A DNA stretch of 64,000 nucleotides. Origin: Catajapyx aquilonaris. Taxonomy: Eukaryota. Location of the stretch: assembly GCA_000934665.2 (NCBI GenBank), contig JYFJ02001466.1, positions 1 through 64,000 of the forward strand, given 5' to 3'. The position numbers and the translations under genes are program-made. Under the pieces are notes generated by a model. It had not been told where the DNA came from. It saw only the letters and a list, made by a program, of their open reading frames with translations, and did not search any database. How positions within the stretch are numbered: the first letter of the stretch is position 1; the number at the start of each line of letters is the position of its first letter. Positions 24,511-36,700 of the stretch are shown in pieces.

Positions 24511-24590
24511 GCCGCCATCTTGGGCACTTTCAGTTGTTAAACAGGGGTGCCAACAGACACAATGCTGTTGCGAGTGTTGCCAACTGGCAA
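24511..24590 (-). promoter_or_regulatory. Candidate LRR-gene promoter: YY1 motif plus TGGCA(A)C motifs
   Basis: CAAGATGGCGGC on the minus strand (24511-24522); ggggtgccaac and gtgttgccaac just upstream. Confidence 0.5.
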
Positions 24591-25646
24591 GAGATTTTGG
24601 AGGGGAGTTCGAATCGGACTGGAAACAAATGGAAGTCTCGTGTATTTGAAGGCCTACCTAGTCGAGATGAATAATTCCATCAGACACAATGGAGTTGGGC
24701 CCTTCGGCAACCGACGCGACGTCTGCAATCATAGAGGTGATTCTCAATTTACATGGACAAACTATTCCACTGATTTAGTACGTAATTCAATGAGTCAATG
24801 AAAAATTCAATTCCTGTAATGAATTATGAAACCAGTGGGCACCATGAGAAAGTTCAAAAAATCCATTAGGTGGTCTATTCCTTATGCCATGTTTATTATT
24901 GGTATATCAGTTCCAAAATAGCTAATACTGTAGTAATGCAGCTCCTATAAAACACCTATCTAAATTTGCGAGTAACTTGCACTGAAGTCTGATTTCCTGG
25001 AAAGAGAAAGGTTACAGCGAGATTTGGTCATCTCGTCTTGATCATCATTCGAAACTCAATAACAACTCCGCTTTAAATGGGGGGATAACCATGTACTCAC
25101 ATATGTATATACACAACAAAATACATGACCAGTTACACTCTCTCCAACCATTGTCCACATTTTTTTGTTATCTAGCACAGAAGAGGATGAACTTGACAAA
25201 CCCCAAAACAAAGGCACTTGACTAGGCGAAAACAGTCACCACTACGAACTGTCCACTTCACAGACTGCTTCAATTGCACCGTCACACATAAAATTGTGAG
25301 TTCACCACACACACCTGTGTGCATCTTCCTGTAGTAAAATCTTCAAAAGTCCGATACTTTTCTGAAAAACAACATAAAAGTGGGTGTTATGGACATATTC
25401 GTGTTTTGTGAATGTATGGTACAGTTGGTAGAAATTAATGGAGAAGCACAAGTGTTGCCTCCTCATGGAGTTTCCCTCTACATTGTCCCTCTACACTTCT
25501 TGTGCTTCTCCATTAATTTCCACCACTGTACTTGAGATCCACAGACAAGATTTTTCACAGGCAGCCTCTATCACCAACTGTTGTTCATGCTTCAAAAACA
25601 AACCAACCTACGACACTATAGCTGTCAGCCTCCTTACCCCCAATTC

Positions 25647-28600
25647 CTACCTTGACCGGTACTTGTCCTGATTTCCATAGTACTCGTTGTAAATGAGTTT
25701 GAAGAGAAATAGGTGAAAAACAATGATGAGAAATGAGATGGACACCCAAAACAGGGCTGGAAGTCCTCCCAAACTGTGTCCATGCTTGTGCAGAGCAATC
25801 ACATGGTGCTCATGGGCAGGGGCTGAAAAGATAAGCAGGTCATTACGATGTGATAAATTCCTCACCAAATCGCCCTAGGTGCTCAGAAGTGACCAAAAAT
25901 CAGTGGGAGCCACTTTCAGCTAGTGTTTTTAATTTTTTACTTTAAAACTTACTGCTTTGTCCCTTAACTAAATAACTATCACAGTAGTCATTCAACCCCA
26001 CAGATAAAAATATTCATAGGTCATATATGTGACTGGTTTAGAGCCAGTTGTACCAGGTCAGATTCTTATACTTAAGTTTGCTGCAATGCTTCTTTCTATC
26101 AAGCAATATTTCGGCAGACAAGATTCTGAGCAGTGTTGATTTATCCGACCCGGTGCCGCCACCCATTAAAAATTAAAAATTGATCTAGTGGATATACCTT
26201 CTCCAATCTCCTTCACATGAATAGTGTGCCTGAGCAATTCAATGTGCTGGCGATCACGGGTAATGTACAAAATGGACGTCACTGGACTGGTCAACTTCAC
26301 TGGAAATTGAATATACTCATTCCTGAGCAGGACTGGTGCATCCAGGCAACCAGCATCACATGCGTAGAAGCTGCGATCTGCACGGTCCAAGGCAACATAC
26401 AATGCTGCCCGGTTGTCCTCCTGCACAGTAACAGATATGTTCACATATGTAGCGTTGCCGCACAACACTCTCCTAAATAAGTAGTCACGATGCAGGTCCC
26501 TTGGGTGGGTATTGAACTCTAGGTGCTGATCCATAAACTTAAGTGCACCAAAACTCAACACCATCCCTTGCATAACTCCACTAGCTCCAGCTCTCAGCAA
26601 TTTGTAGCACCCTTGCTTCTCCAGAGTCAACAACCAGTAGTTAGCTGCCGTTAACACCCTCTCCAGCGTGTTTGAATCGGGCCACAGGTTGTCAGCCTGA
26701 AGTGTGTGATGCCCTGAGTAACAACCTTCCAGGAAGTTCACAAGTGAGCTGGGATCAGGCTTTTTGATGTCCGGATCACTCTCTAGTAATGGGGCACGTA
26801 CTTGTGACAACACATAGTACATTGTGGAGTTGATTCGGTCGCCATTCAAGGCTCCCTGAGCTTTTGATTGGCTTATGCTGAAACCAGTGCTCCACAGCTG
26901 GGTCCATGCACGAACGTGATCTTCTCGTAGGCGCCGATAGCTGACCCCTAGGGAACGCTGAAGGTGCTTCAGGGCAGTGTTGGACACAGTCTCGCGCCAG
27001 TTGGCAAGGTCATCTGCTGCGATGGGATCTGTGTAATTGACAGATGTTAATATCCTCAAAGTGGTAGATGACTTGGCCTTCACTTCGAGTGAGGACGGAA
27101 GCTTCTTGGTGACTATTGCCACAGGAATCAACTGGCCTGATTCCAGACCATCTGATGACAGCCCACCAGTGACCACAAGATACTCACTGGTACCTTCACC
27201 ATGTGTTATTCTGAAAATGATAAAAGAAGAGTTAGCAGTTTACTCCATAATCCGTTGAATAATTTTTTATTCTTTTCGAAAGAATAAAAAATTATTCAAC
27301 TGAGGGGTCTGAGATAAAAAATGGCCAAGTCCACTTTTGGGGGCTGTAGGACAAATACGTGCAACAATTATGTATTTTTATGTCATTGGGTATTAATTGC
27401 ACATTTCTGTATGTAGCTGAACTGCGGCAACATATGGACGTAAAAAGTTCCACGGTTGTACCAGTGAAAGTTCAGCAATAATAAATTTTTTCTCATTTTA
27501 CAACCAGTTTTTGCAAGTAGACTTGGTCATTTTAAATCCAAGACCCCTCAGATATCATTCTTTAGTGATGTGGCCTTTACCACTACAACAAATGAACTTA
27601 CTTGGTGACCTTGACCTGTGCCTCAGGCCAGGAGACGACACCAACCCTCTCCAAACTGACAGTGACGTCTACTGAAGATGGATTGGATACTTTCACCTCC
27701 TGCACCAAGATAGCTGGCTGGGCCCTGTGCGCGTAGACCTGATGGTGCACCCTGACTTGCGACCTGCCTCCGCCGCATTGAATAAGGTGGACTGTGCCAC
27801 TCTGCATCTGCAACACTGCTGCTTCTTTCATCTCCACCAGTTCATCTGTGTCAATGGAGACAGCAACGACAGGGTGAAACTGGAGGGGCAGGGAGAGTGT
27901 CCGACCATGGTGTATGTGCAGAGCAGAGTCGGAGGGGCGAAGAGAGACTCCCAGCAGGCCATTCCCAACGTAAGGAAGAAAGGGTGCTGTGGAAGGAGGG
28001 GTGGGGGGCAGAGGGGACAGCGGGGAGGACAGGTCCACCCCATCTCGCTGAATTAAAGTATCATATGAGGCAACCTCATGTCGGAAAGCATCCAGCTGCT
28101 CATTCAGGCATCGCTGAAGAAAATCTGGAAAAAAGAAAACCCACCATTATGCCTGGTGATATTTCATTAATAAATGCATCAAGTATTCCCTATACGAAGC
28201 TACTGTTACTCAGAAGTGTAAAAATTTCCACCTACAATATATGAACTGCCTTCACTTCCATCTGGTGTAACTGCATGCTGATTATCTCAAATGATATTCC
28301 AGCATACTGATTAACCTTGTTGAATATGAGCCTGCCAATCACTCTTTTACACCAGAAGTTTGCATATGGAGAAATGCTATCCACCGGGTATCAGAAAACC
28401 ACACACTCTCAATTGTCAACAGTTTACTTTTGTGGGCGGTGCAGCTTTGCAGGTGTCTACAGAGGGCAGTAACTGAGCCTCATTTTCACAAGAGCATTTT
28501 CTTGCCCTTTTCTCAGAAATGGATATTTTCTCTTCCCTGGAAATGATATCTAACTCATTCCCCCCAAAGGTGTCCCTGGTCTGAGAACATGATACAAAAT

Positions 28601-29425
28601 AAATAAATAAATAGCTAACTCGTGGTCTTTGCTGAGAGCCTCATTTTAAAATGCTAGTGTGAACCTTTGTGGTACTGCATACACTGCAAACCGCAAGCAT
28701 CACTACAACGTAAACCACAAACCTTTAAAAGAGCATCACTACTGAGTCTCTCATGAAGCATCAATCAACGAAAGCATTAAAATATTGTTGCTCCATGGGA
28801 AACTCAGTAGTGATACTATTTTAAGGCGTTGCAGTTTACAGTGTAGAAAACCCTTAATTTAAAGTAATTAAGACCCTGATTATCCAACCTCTGTTTATCC
28901 AACCATCCTGCACCGGAAATCAATCTATGTTTACTCATCAACTTCTGTAATGTTCTGTCATTTGTTTTGTTTTGCCTTAGTTAAATTGAAAATACAATAC
29001 AGTAGAGTGTGTATGTAACAGATGTTACGGTCTTCTTACATCTGACGGCAGATCTGCCGAAGGAACATTGGGTGGAATTTTCGTACCACTCCTAGTTGCT
29101 GCTAACTTAGCAGTACCAGTGTAGTGCATTGGTACTGCTAGTCAGCAGTAACTAGCAGTGGGATAAAAATTCACTGTCTCTCTAGCAACAGTTCTGCCAG
29201 GCCTTATTGACAGGGTGCGGATATGCCTTTCAAGAGTGCGACCCAGTCCGTGCCGTCACCTGGTTCCTTCGCCCTCGTCCAGTGTTTCCCGAACAGGTAT
29301 GGTCCCATGTAGAGGATGAGTCCGAAGACGATGACGATGAGGAGGAAGGCCTTCCTGTAGGACAGGTACCCGTCCAGCCGGTCCAGCCCCCTCTTCACCC
29401 TTCGGATCAGCTCCAGCAGTTCCAT
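25647..29425 (-). CDS. KIAA2013: KIAA2013 homologue (DUF2152 family membrane protein, ~625 aa, four exons)
   Basis: Exons 29425-29260, 28124-27602, 27210-26198, 25822-25647 (1878 nt). Motifs [97 protein letters not shown]...[16 protein letters not shown]. Confidence 0.93.
27254..27300. repeat. Perfect 22-bp inverted repeat with a 3-nt loop
   Basis: gttgaataattttttattcttt-tcg-aaagaataaaaaattattcaac. Confidence 0.92.
27300..27551. mobile_element. Degenerate MITE with ~37-bp TIRs in KIAA2013 intron 2
   Basis: ctgaggggtctgagataaaaaatggccaagtccactt vs reverse complement of the right end ctgaggggtcttggatttaaaatgaccaagtctactt; no clear TSD. Confidence 0.7.
28705..28845. repeat. Imperfect foldback/MITE remnant in KIAA2013 intron 1
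   Basis: ctttaaaagagcatcactactgagtctctcatgaagcatcaat pairs with attgttgctccatgggaaactcagtagtgatactattttaagg. Confidence 0.7.
29072..29174. repeat. ~50-bp-arm imperfect palindrome in KIAA2013 intron 1
   Basis: gtggaattttcgtaccactcctagttgctgctaacttagcagtaccagtgta / tgcattggtactgctagtcagcagtaactagcagtgggataaaaattcac. Confidence 0.75.
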
Positions 29426-32400
29426 GGCAGCATCCCCGTCGTCACACCCCGCCTCTGCTGCCTCTCACTTTCCCCGTCCCTGCTGCCATGCCTTGACCCC
29501 CTCTCTTCTTTCTTGCTCAATCTCCTTCTGCCAGCTCAGCCCAAGAAGTCCCACTTGACAACTTTGGCAAACATTATCTGGGCCAATCTACACCAAAGGG
29601 GAGTGTCACTCTAATCACTTCTTAAGAAGCAGCAGTACTTTGTACACTACGAGTACAGATGGCGGTGGTGCAGTGCAGCTGGCGCCACGCTGGCGCCGTG
29701 CTCCGGACAATACTGGAACTAACAATGCATGTACAGTACTGTAAGAGTACCTGCTGGACTTTTCTCCTGAATCTCACATTATCATAGGATAAAACCGGTA
29801 CGCTGCCTAGGAGTTTTGACCTGGCGTTCTGACTAATTCTGTATAGGTAATGCACGTGGAACAGGCATACCAGCCATTACTTGCCGGTACATTCCGGTCA
29901 TATCTGGTAATTATGAGTGGTTTGAGGACATTCCAGGAACAATGCATAGTTAGTCAATGAGGCTTGAAGGGGACATATTCCCACGAATTACAAGTATGCC
30001 CTTGCACTTTCATCCGACCTGGATCAGAGGTGCTCGAACTGTGCGAAGGTAAAGAGTCATGCCGGAGGGAGTTGTGAAAATCGAGAGTGCATGGTATGAA
30101 AGGCCTGCCGCTCTTTCATCTACACAAGAAAATGCCTTTCGTGTTATGGAACGCCTCATTGAATCCACTTTTTCTGTACAATATAAACAACAACGATGAG
30201 GATTTCGAAATGACCCTGAATATGCACTTATTATAGTGCATATAACTAAAGTGTTAGTCGATGTCCTTCAATTAGGTGCTTGTCGTTACTCGGTACGTAA
30301 TGCAGGTGAGATTCCCACAGAGCGAGGTTCCTATAGAGACGTGCTGTGTCACTTGGAATGGGAGAAAATAAAATACGCGTGAGCAGAAAGAGGTAATTGA
30401 GCCCAGAGATAATTATTTTAAGTGGAGAGGAGGAGTTGCTTCATTATCCCACCGCATGAGATATAATAACATGCGCTTTGCGAAAATGTCGATTTGGCTA
30501 CCATTTAGGTCCAGTTTTACAAACTCGTAATAATGAATAATCTCGGATTATGCAAAGAAATTGAAGATTTTCCCACAACTCTCACCTAAACATTATGCGA
30601 CATTGTAAATATGGAATGAAATGTAAATCGTGTGGTCATTCCGCATCGTAACCGGATCAGAGTAATGGAATAGAATATTAAATAGTAGGCGATGTAATGT
30701 ATAGGCAGTGATCAGCTTTAATTCAGGGTAGAAGGTCATGTAGGTGTGAATAAATTATATACACATGCAGGTGATGGTCTGGTGTTAATGAGTCTCCTGC
30801 TTTGTTGTTTCCTGGCTATAAGTAAGAATATGATTATCGTATCTCAAAAATGAATTGCGCAGGATTTCTTCCGCCAGGTGCGAATTAGTAGCTCTTCATA
30901 CTGCTATATAGACTTGTCATAGCGAAAGGTCAAAAACTGCACGATGAAAACCTGTCACTCAGTAAATTACTCATTGCTCTATGAATCAGCCTTATTGCAC
31001 GTGATAGCAGCTTTTTGCGGCACCACGAACCCCGCAGCACGCGGATATCGCGAAATTAGCCTGACACAGAATAATACGCCCGGATATGTAATAACAGTGA
31101 CTATAGATCCGCATCACTCTTGCAAGTAATTGCATGCGACTGGAAATAATGAGTTAGTCACACAAATATTTTTACAGTCTAAATGACGTGACAGAATATT
31201 ATACAGGGAGATCCATAAAACTGATGGTAGTGTCTCGTACCTGTTGATACACGTTCGTAATAGTAAGAAATAAATTTTACGACTATACTGTTTCACGATT
31301 GTGCACCTATACCAAAGTCAAAAACCAGCAGTTCACCTCTATATTTCGTAAACTTGTGAATAAGTATCTATCAAATCACTTTAGATCAGATCAGGCTTCG
31401 GGTTACTACATAATAAAATAAATATTTCGGATTGGGTATGGGCACAATAGGATCACGAATGTCACTTACATGTAGGTCTATCTAAAATAATAAGCATCAA
31501 TTACCACTCTTGAAAAGAAAAATCCGAAATATTCAGAGAAACGCTCCCTGTTGTCGTTTAATGCATCATTGCGCAACTAATGGATTGGTTTATGCAATCC
31601 TAATTACATATAGTACTGAATATCACATATATTATAGCGTATACTCATTTTTTAAACAGGAACAGCCATGAAGCAGTTGTAAAAACAAGTTAGTCTGCTA
31701 ATGACCGTTAAAAAAGCGGATAAACATCGCACATCCTTGAAGTGTTGAAATCATAACTATGGAAAATTGGAATTACAGAACCATCAGAGTAACAGATTTC
31801 GAGATATTATTATAATTTTAAAAGGTTGCATTTCTCCATACATAGGATCATTTTTTTCGCCCAAACAATTCCCTGCGGGGCTGTAATTTCTCTATCGGCA
31901 GAAAAATTACTTTGCGAGCAGAAAGTACCCGTCAAGGACAACATTGCACAATGATTCACTCAATTATTTTAACCATATTGGGATTCTGGTCGTTTTTCTA
32001 AGCAGGATTCCAGTTTTATTCCCTATAATGCAGCAGGTTATTTAGCTGACATATTGTATGAGGTATGGTTGGAAACTACAAAGAAAAAAAAATGTATATA
32101 AAAGAAAGGTAAGGTCATTAAGTATAAATACAGGGGCATACAAGTATATGACGAGAACTTTGGTACACGTGTATTCTATCTCAAGCTGTCATCATATATC
32201 TCATGAAGTTATTTCAGATTCCATAATGGGACGTCTCTGAGAAACAGAAATCCTGGGGTCACAAAATATTACTAACCTGTTGTCGTTATTATTCGAAGCA
32301 CCATTTACTATGCACGCACAATATTACAAGAAGAATGTGATGGATAATAATTTGTCTGGTGGAACACTGCGCCTGCACGATGATAATGCTATCATCGCGA

Positions 32401-33718
32401 GACGCGAGTACTACCTACTACACTTTTAAGTACATTCTCAGTAAAATGATGATAAAAGAATGATGGAATGAGATATTAAAAATAATATTTTCTTATCACA
32501 ATATTGTTCACAAAAATGTGCTTGCACCTTGCAGTAACATTCACTTCTGACAACTATTCTTTACAAATTTGAAATTACCACGTCAAAAAGCATCTACAGA
32601 GTGTACATTCCCATTAAACTGTATTAATCCTTGAATACAATATCTTTCTCCGGATATGCATAGGCCAATGCAAGGTATTTACTACACAGGGTGTTTTCTA
32701 ACGATTCTAGGGTGATCTTTGGGCATGAGTGGGCCCCTAATGCAGAGATGCCATTTGATCTCCACAGCCTAGTTACCAAGATTATTTGCACGAAACAAAT
32801 ATTGCATGAAAATAGGGTTAAATGGCTCCTATTTCTCGGATATACAGCCTACGATACATCCTGGGGGTCCTAGGCCATTGCCTGTACAACTATTGGAATC
32901 GATGCTAATTGCACAAGACCAGCTAAAATTGAAAGGAAAAAACTAGATCAAGTCTCTCCGAGGTACACCATACATGTCCAAAAAAAAAATGTATAGTTCT
33001 AGTGTTTGAAGTCCATCTCGGTAACGAGGCTTCGGAGACCAAATGATACCTCTACATTAAGTTTGCACGAATAATTATGAAACATCCCCAGTACAGCCAC
33101 CAATTCATCACGAACTGCACTATAAAGTACTCTCGTTTGGAACTGGAATCTTCTGGTCACATAAAGCCAGTAAACTTTTTCTGCTTCATTTTTATAGCGA
33201 GTCGCACTTAAGATGCACTAGCTGTCATAAAAAATCGGCTTCTCATCATGATAATCACACATGCATCCTTAAATTTGCATACAAATTATCCTAAAACTGT
33301 CCCTCACCAAGTGACTCACAGTTTGACTCAACGTGTGGGAACACTTCTTTTTTTTAAATGCGGCACGTACTGTACATACACACCACTAATACGTATATCA
33401 TTTCTAAAAATCCAAGGTTGCTTTGAATATCCCACAAAAGTGGGCGGCAAACTCTCCTCCTCTCCCATATAAAGATGGTTTTGGTAGATAAGCATGCACA
33501 GGATCCTTGGTGCAGTTTCCAAGGCGGTCGCACGCATCCTCTCAGTACATTATGATGTACTACACTTAGCTGTAGTGCCTTCATACGCCGCTCGGATTCG
33601 CTTCGATCGACCTCATCCCTAGTACATACAGAGTGAAGGGTGGATCAGCTGTGCGGTTGTTTCATGGACGTCGACAAGGGAAGAAGGCCAGCAGTGCCAG
33701 ACAGCATATTCGCGGATC

Positions 33719-36700
33719 ATGACGAACAATAGGATGGAGACAATGGAGAAGAAGACATCATCAGCAGCACAGGGGCCAACCTGCTGCCAGAGGATCAGTA
33801 CCAGAATTATTGGCTCAATGGAGACATTCTTCTACCAGTAAGTTATTTTCAGCTGAATTTTTGCTTGGTTTATTGTTTTGCACGTGACTTCATGGGCGGC
33901 TGCGCTGAAAGGACGTTTCATTCAAAAGGGAACTCGGGCTCTGCTGATGGGAGTCGACTTCCTTTTCAATATTTTGTGCCAACATGAAACAGGTGCTCTG
34001 CCCGAAGGATGTTGCCTAAGGTCAAACAGTCTACGCAAATGTTGTTGCTGCCCAACATTGTATAAGGTGGCAATGTTTCAAGCATATCTGATTTTTTTAA
34101 AAAAATTAATTGGAATAACGCGTGTGTACTAATATACTGTAGTAAAATTTCGAAAAATTCTGGGGAATGGATTTTACGGGGGGGTTTTCTGTCTCTAGTT
34201 AATATCGGCCTGAAGGTCTTTTCCCCCATGAAAAGATACGTGTCAAGCGGTGCCGTCTAAAATGTTTTACCGCAAAACCCAAAAGCAGATTGTGAAATCA
34301 TTCCAACCTCATTGAACTGGCAGTTGTTTTTTTATGTAGATAACGTAGCAAAGGATTCAGGTGATTGCCAATGTGTCACATTAGTTATAGCGAGCGTTTC
34401 ATGAGGACATGTAGCGATTGTTTTACAAGCAGCGTAACAATTACATAGAAATAATAATAACACTGAGGTATAATATGATACTGTGTGTCAAACACGGACC
34501 CTGGTGCATGGGTACGTATCTAAATTTCATATGACAAGAAACTTACAGTTACACATGTGATCCCGACACTTGCGCTTGGATGTACCGTAACTTATTTCTG
34601 TCTCGCATGAAATAAACCTGTTTCAGTAGTACCTTTTTTTGTGCGAAAAGCAGGGACAATGTGTCACTGCAATAAAATATTTTGTATTACTATTTTGCCG
34701 CATAGATCATCGTAGATGCAAAAGAATTGGTAAGCTATATCATGCAACCGCAATAATATGGTAGCCTATAAAATTAATAGTATTGTTATATACGATGCCA
34801 GTTCTACAATATTAGACCGATTTGCCAATAATTCGTGACCGTGACCATTGATCTAGGTCAATACTGCTTGGCGCCTGTTATCACATTATGCTGTAAGAAT
34901 TAAAGTTTGGTCTATATGATATAAAAAACATTTGCGCTGAGAAAATACCAAGTAGGTGAGAACGATGTCCTTGGAATGAATACCGCACCTGAAAAACTGG
35001 AAAAGAAGCTGATGGGTCACGCAATAGTATGCCAACCGTCATTTCACTTTCTTCATTTCATGCATGTATTTAAAATGCATTATTATTATTGTATGCTTCG
35101 TTTTTCATAAAATATTTGCACATGAACTGGTAATATCAGTCGGGGTCCCTCTCAGAATGCGGTATAATAATAGCACACCAAAAGTATGCGGAAAAAGGCC
35201 GGCAGTGCGCCACATTGCAAAACATCATTGTACCTTTTCATTCCACTAATGGTCTGGAATCCTTTAGGTACAGCAGCACACAGATTTCTCTCGTGCAGCT
35301 TGTGTAGTCACTCGAAAAAATGGGAAAATTATATTAATTCTGTAAAACCCTTGTTTAAGGTCCCGACCATAATAATTAACCGGTATGTTCTTGGGAAGTT
35401 AATCATTTACCAAGGGACTGACTAACACTATAGGAACATTGAACCACCCTGAAGCAGGCCAGGCGGAAGGTCACTGATTTTTATTGTGCGCGACATGTCA
35501 TGCATGAAAAGGCACTTCGTCCTTTTAGTCTAAAAATGACTAAAACCTATGCGAATATCGTGGGCTAGATAAGGCGACAGGAAAGTTACCAGGATGCCAT
35601 ATGGTCAGAAAAAGATAAAAATTGTTTGAGCACGAATATGGCGCCATTCACTTAATCGGACCTTGGCATGCAATATTATGTAAATGTAAACAAATTCCCA
35701 GCTATCTCTGACATGAGAAGATTTGCAGGCCAACTAGGACAAATTTCGCATACAGTATGTGCTGTATATATGATGCCGATGCCAAGACTTGCAGACTTGT
35801 AATTCTGGCATTTTTAGCGAGCTCCCATATCTCTTACGTCCATATGACGTGTTTCACAGGCGTTAGTGTATGCAAAATGCACGTTCTAAATTTATGACAC
35901 TACAAAAATATTGATAAGAATGCCGTTGTGTGGAGGTATTTGAATAGCATGATGGTCCAAGAAGTGTTCATATCCCATCGAGATGCCTCCCATTTCATGA
36001 TCAAGGCCAGATAATAATCATGTAAAGAAAATGCAAACAAAAAATTATAATCTATGCAGCTTCTAGAAACGAATGATTAATAGCTGTGGTGTTGTCAGTT
36101 GATATTGAAGAAACCGCACGGTACTTCCAGTGCACATGCCCTTGCGAAAGCACATTCAACTAACTGCTCAATATTCATCAGTAAGCTGTACTGCTTATTG
36201 TATGCGGTCTACTTATAAACACCGGCACAATATTCGCGAGAATTTGCATGACAATAAAGCCACCCTAATTGTCCCGGATTTTTGCCTTAGCGGACCTGTT
36301 CTGAAAATGATTTGTTTTCACATAATATCATATGTATGCTATAGGCAAAGCACGAAAGAGAAACGTGCTGGTGCAGACCCTTGGGTAAGGTCGGAGTTGC
36401 CTGCCTGCTTTTTTTCGGCGATGTCCTTGTCACTTAACACAAATAAACAAAAGTAGTGTATAACTGATGAATGATTATCTCCTGCTGTTCGTACATATCA
36501 CATTGAAAAATGTCTATAGTGTATAGTAACGATTTACAGATCTTGCAGTCATTGCGGTACTTCAAGCAAGTCTTATCTCTGAAAGTTCAATATCATTACT
36601 TCATGCAAATCCGATGTGAAGGATATCGAGTAGGGAATGCGCAAGTTTCATGATTCCTATTCATGATACCCCATATGCCTATATTGGCTGCTATCATCAG

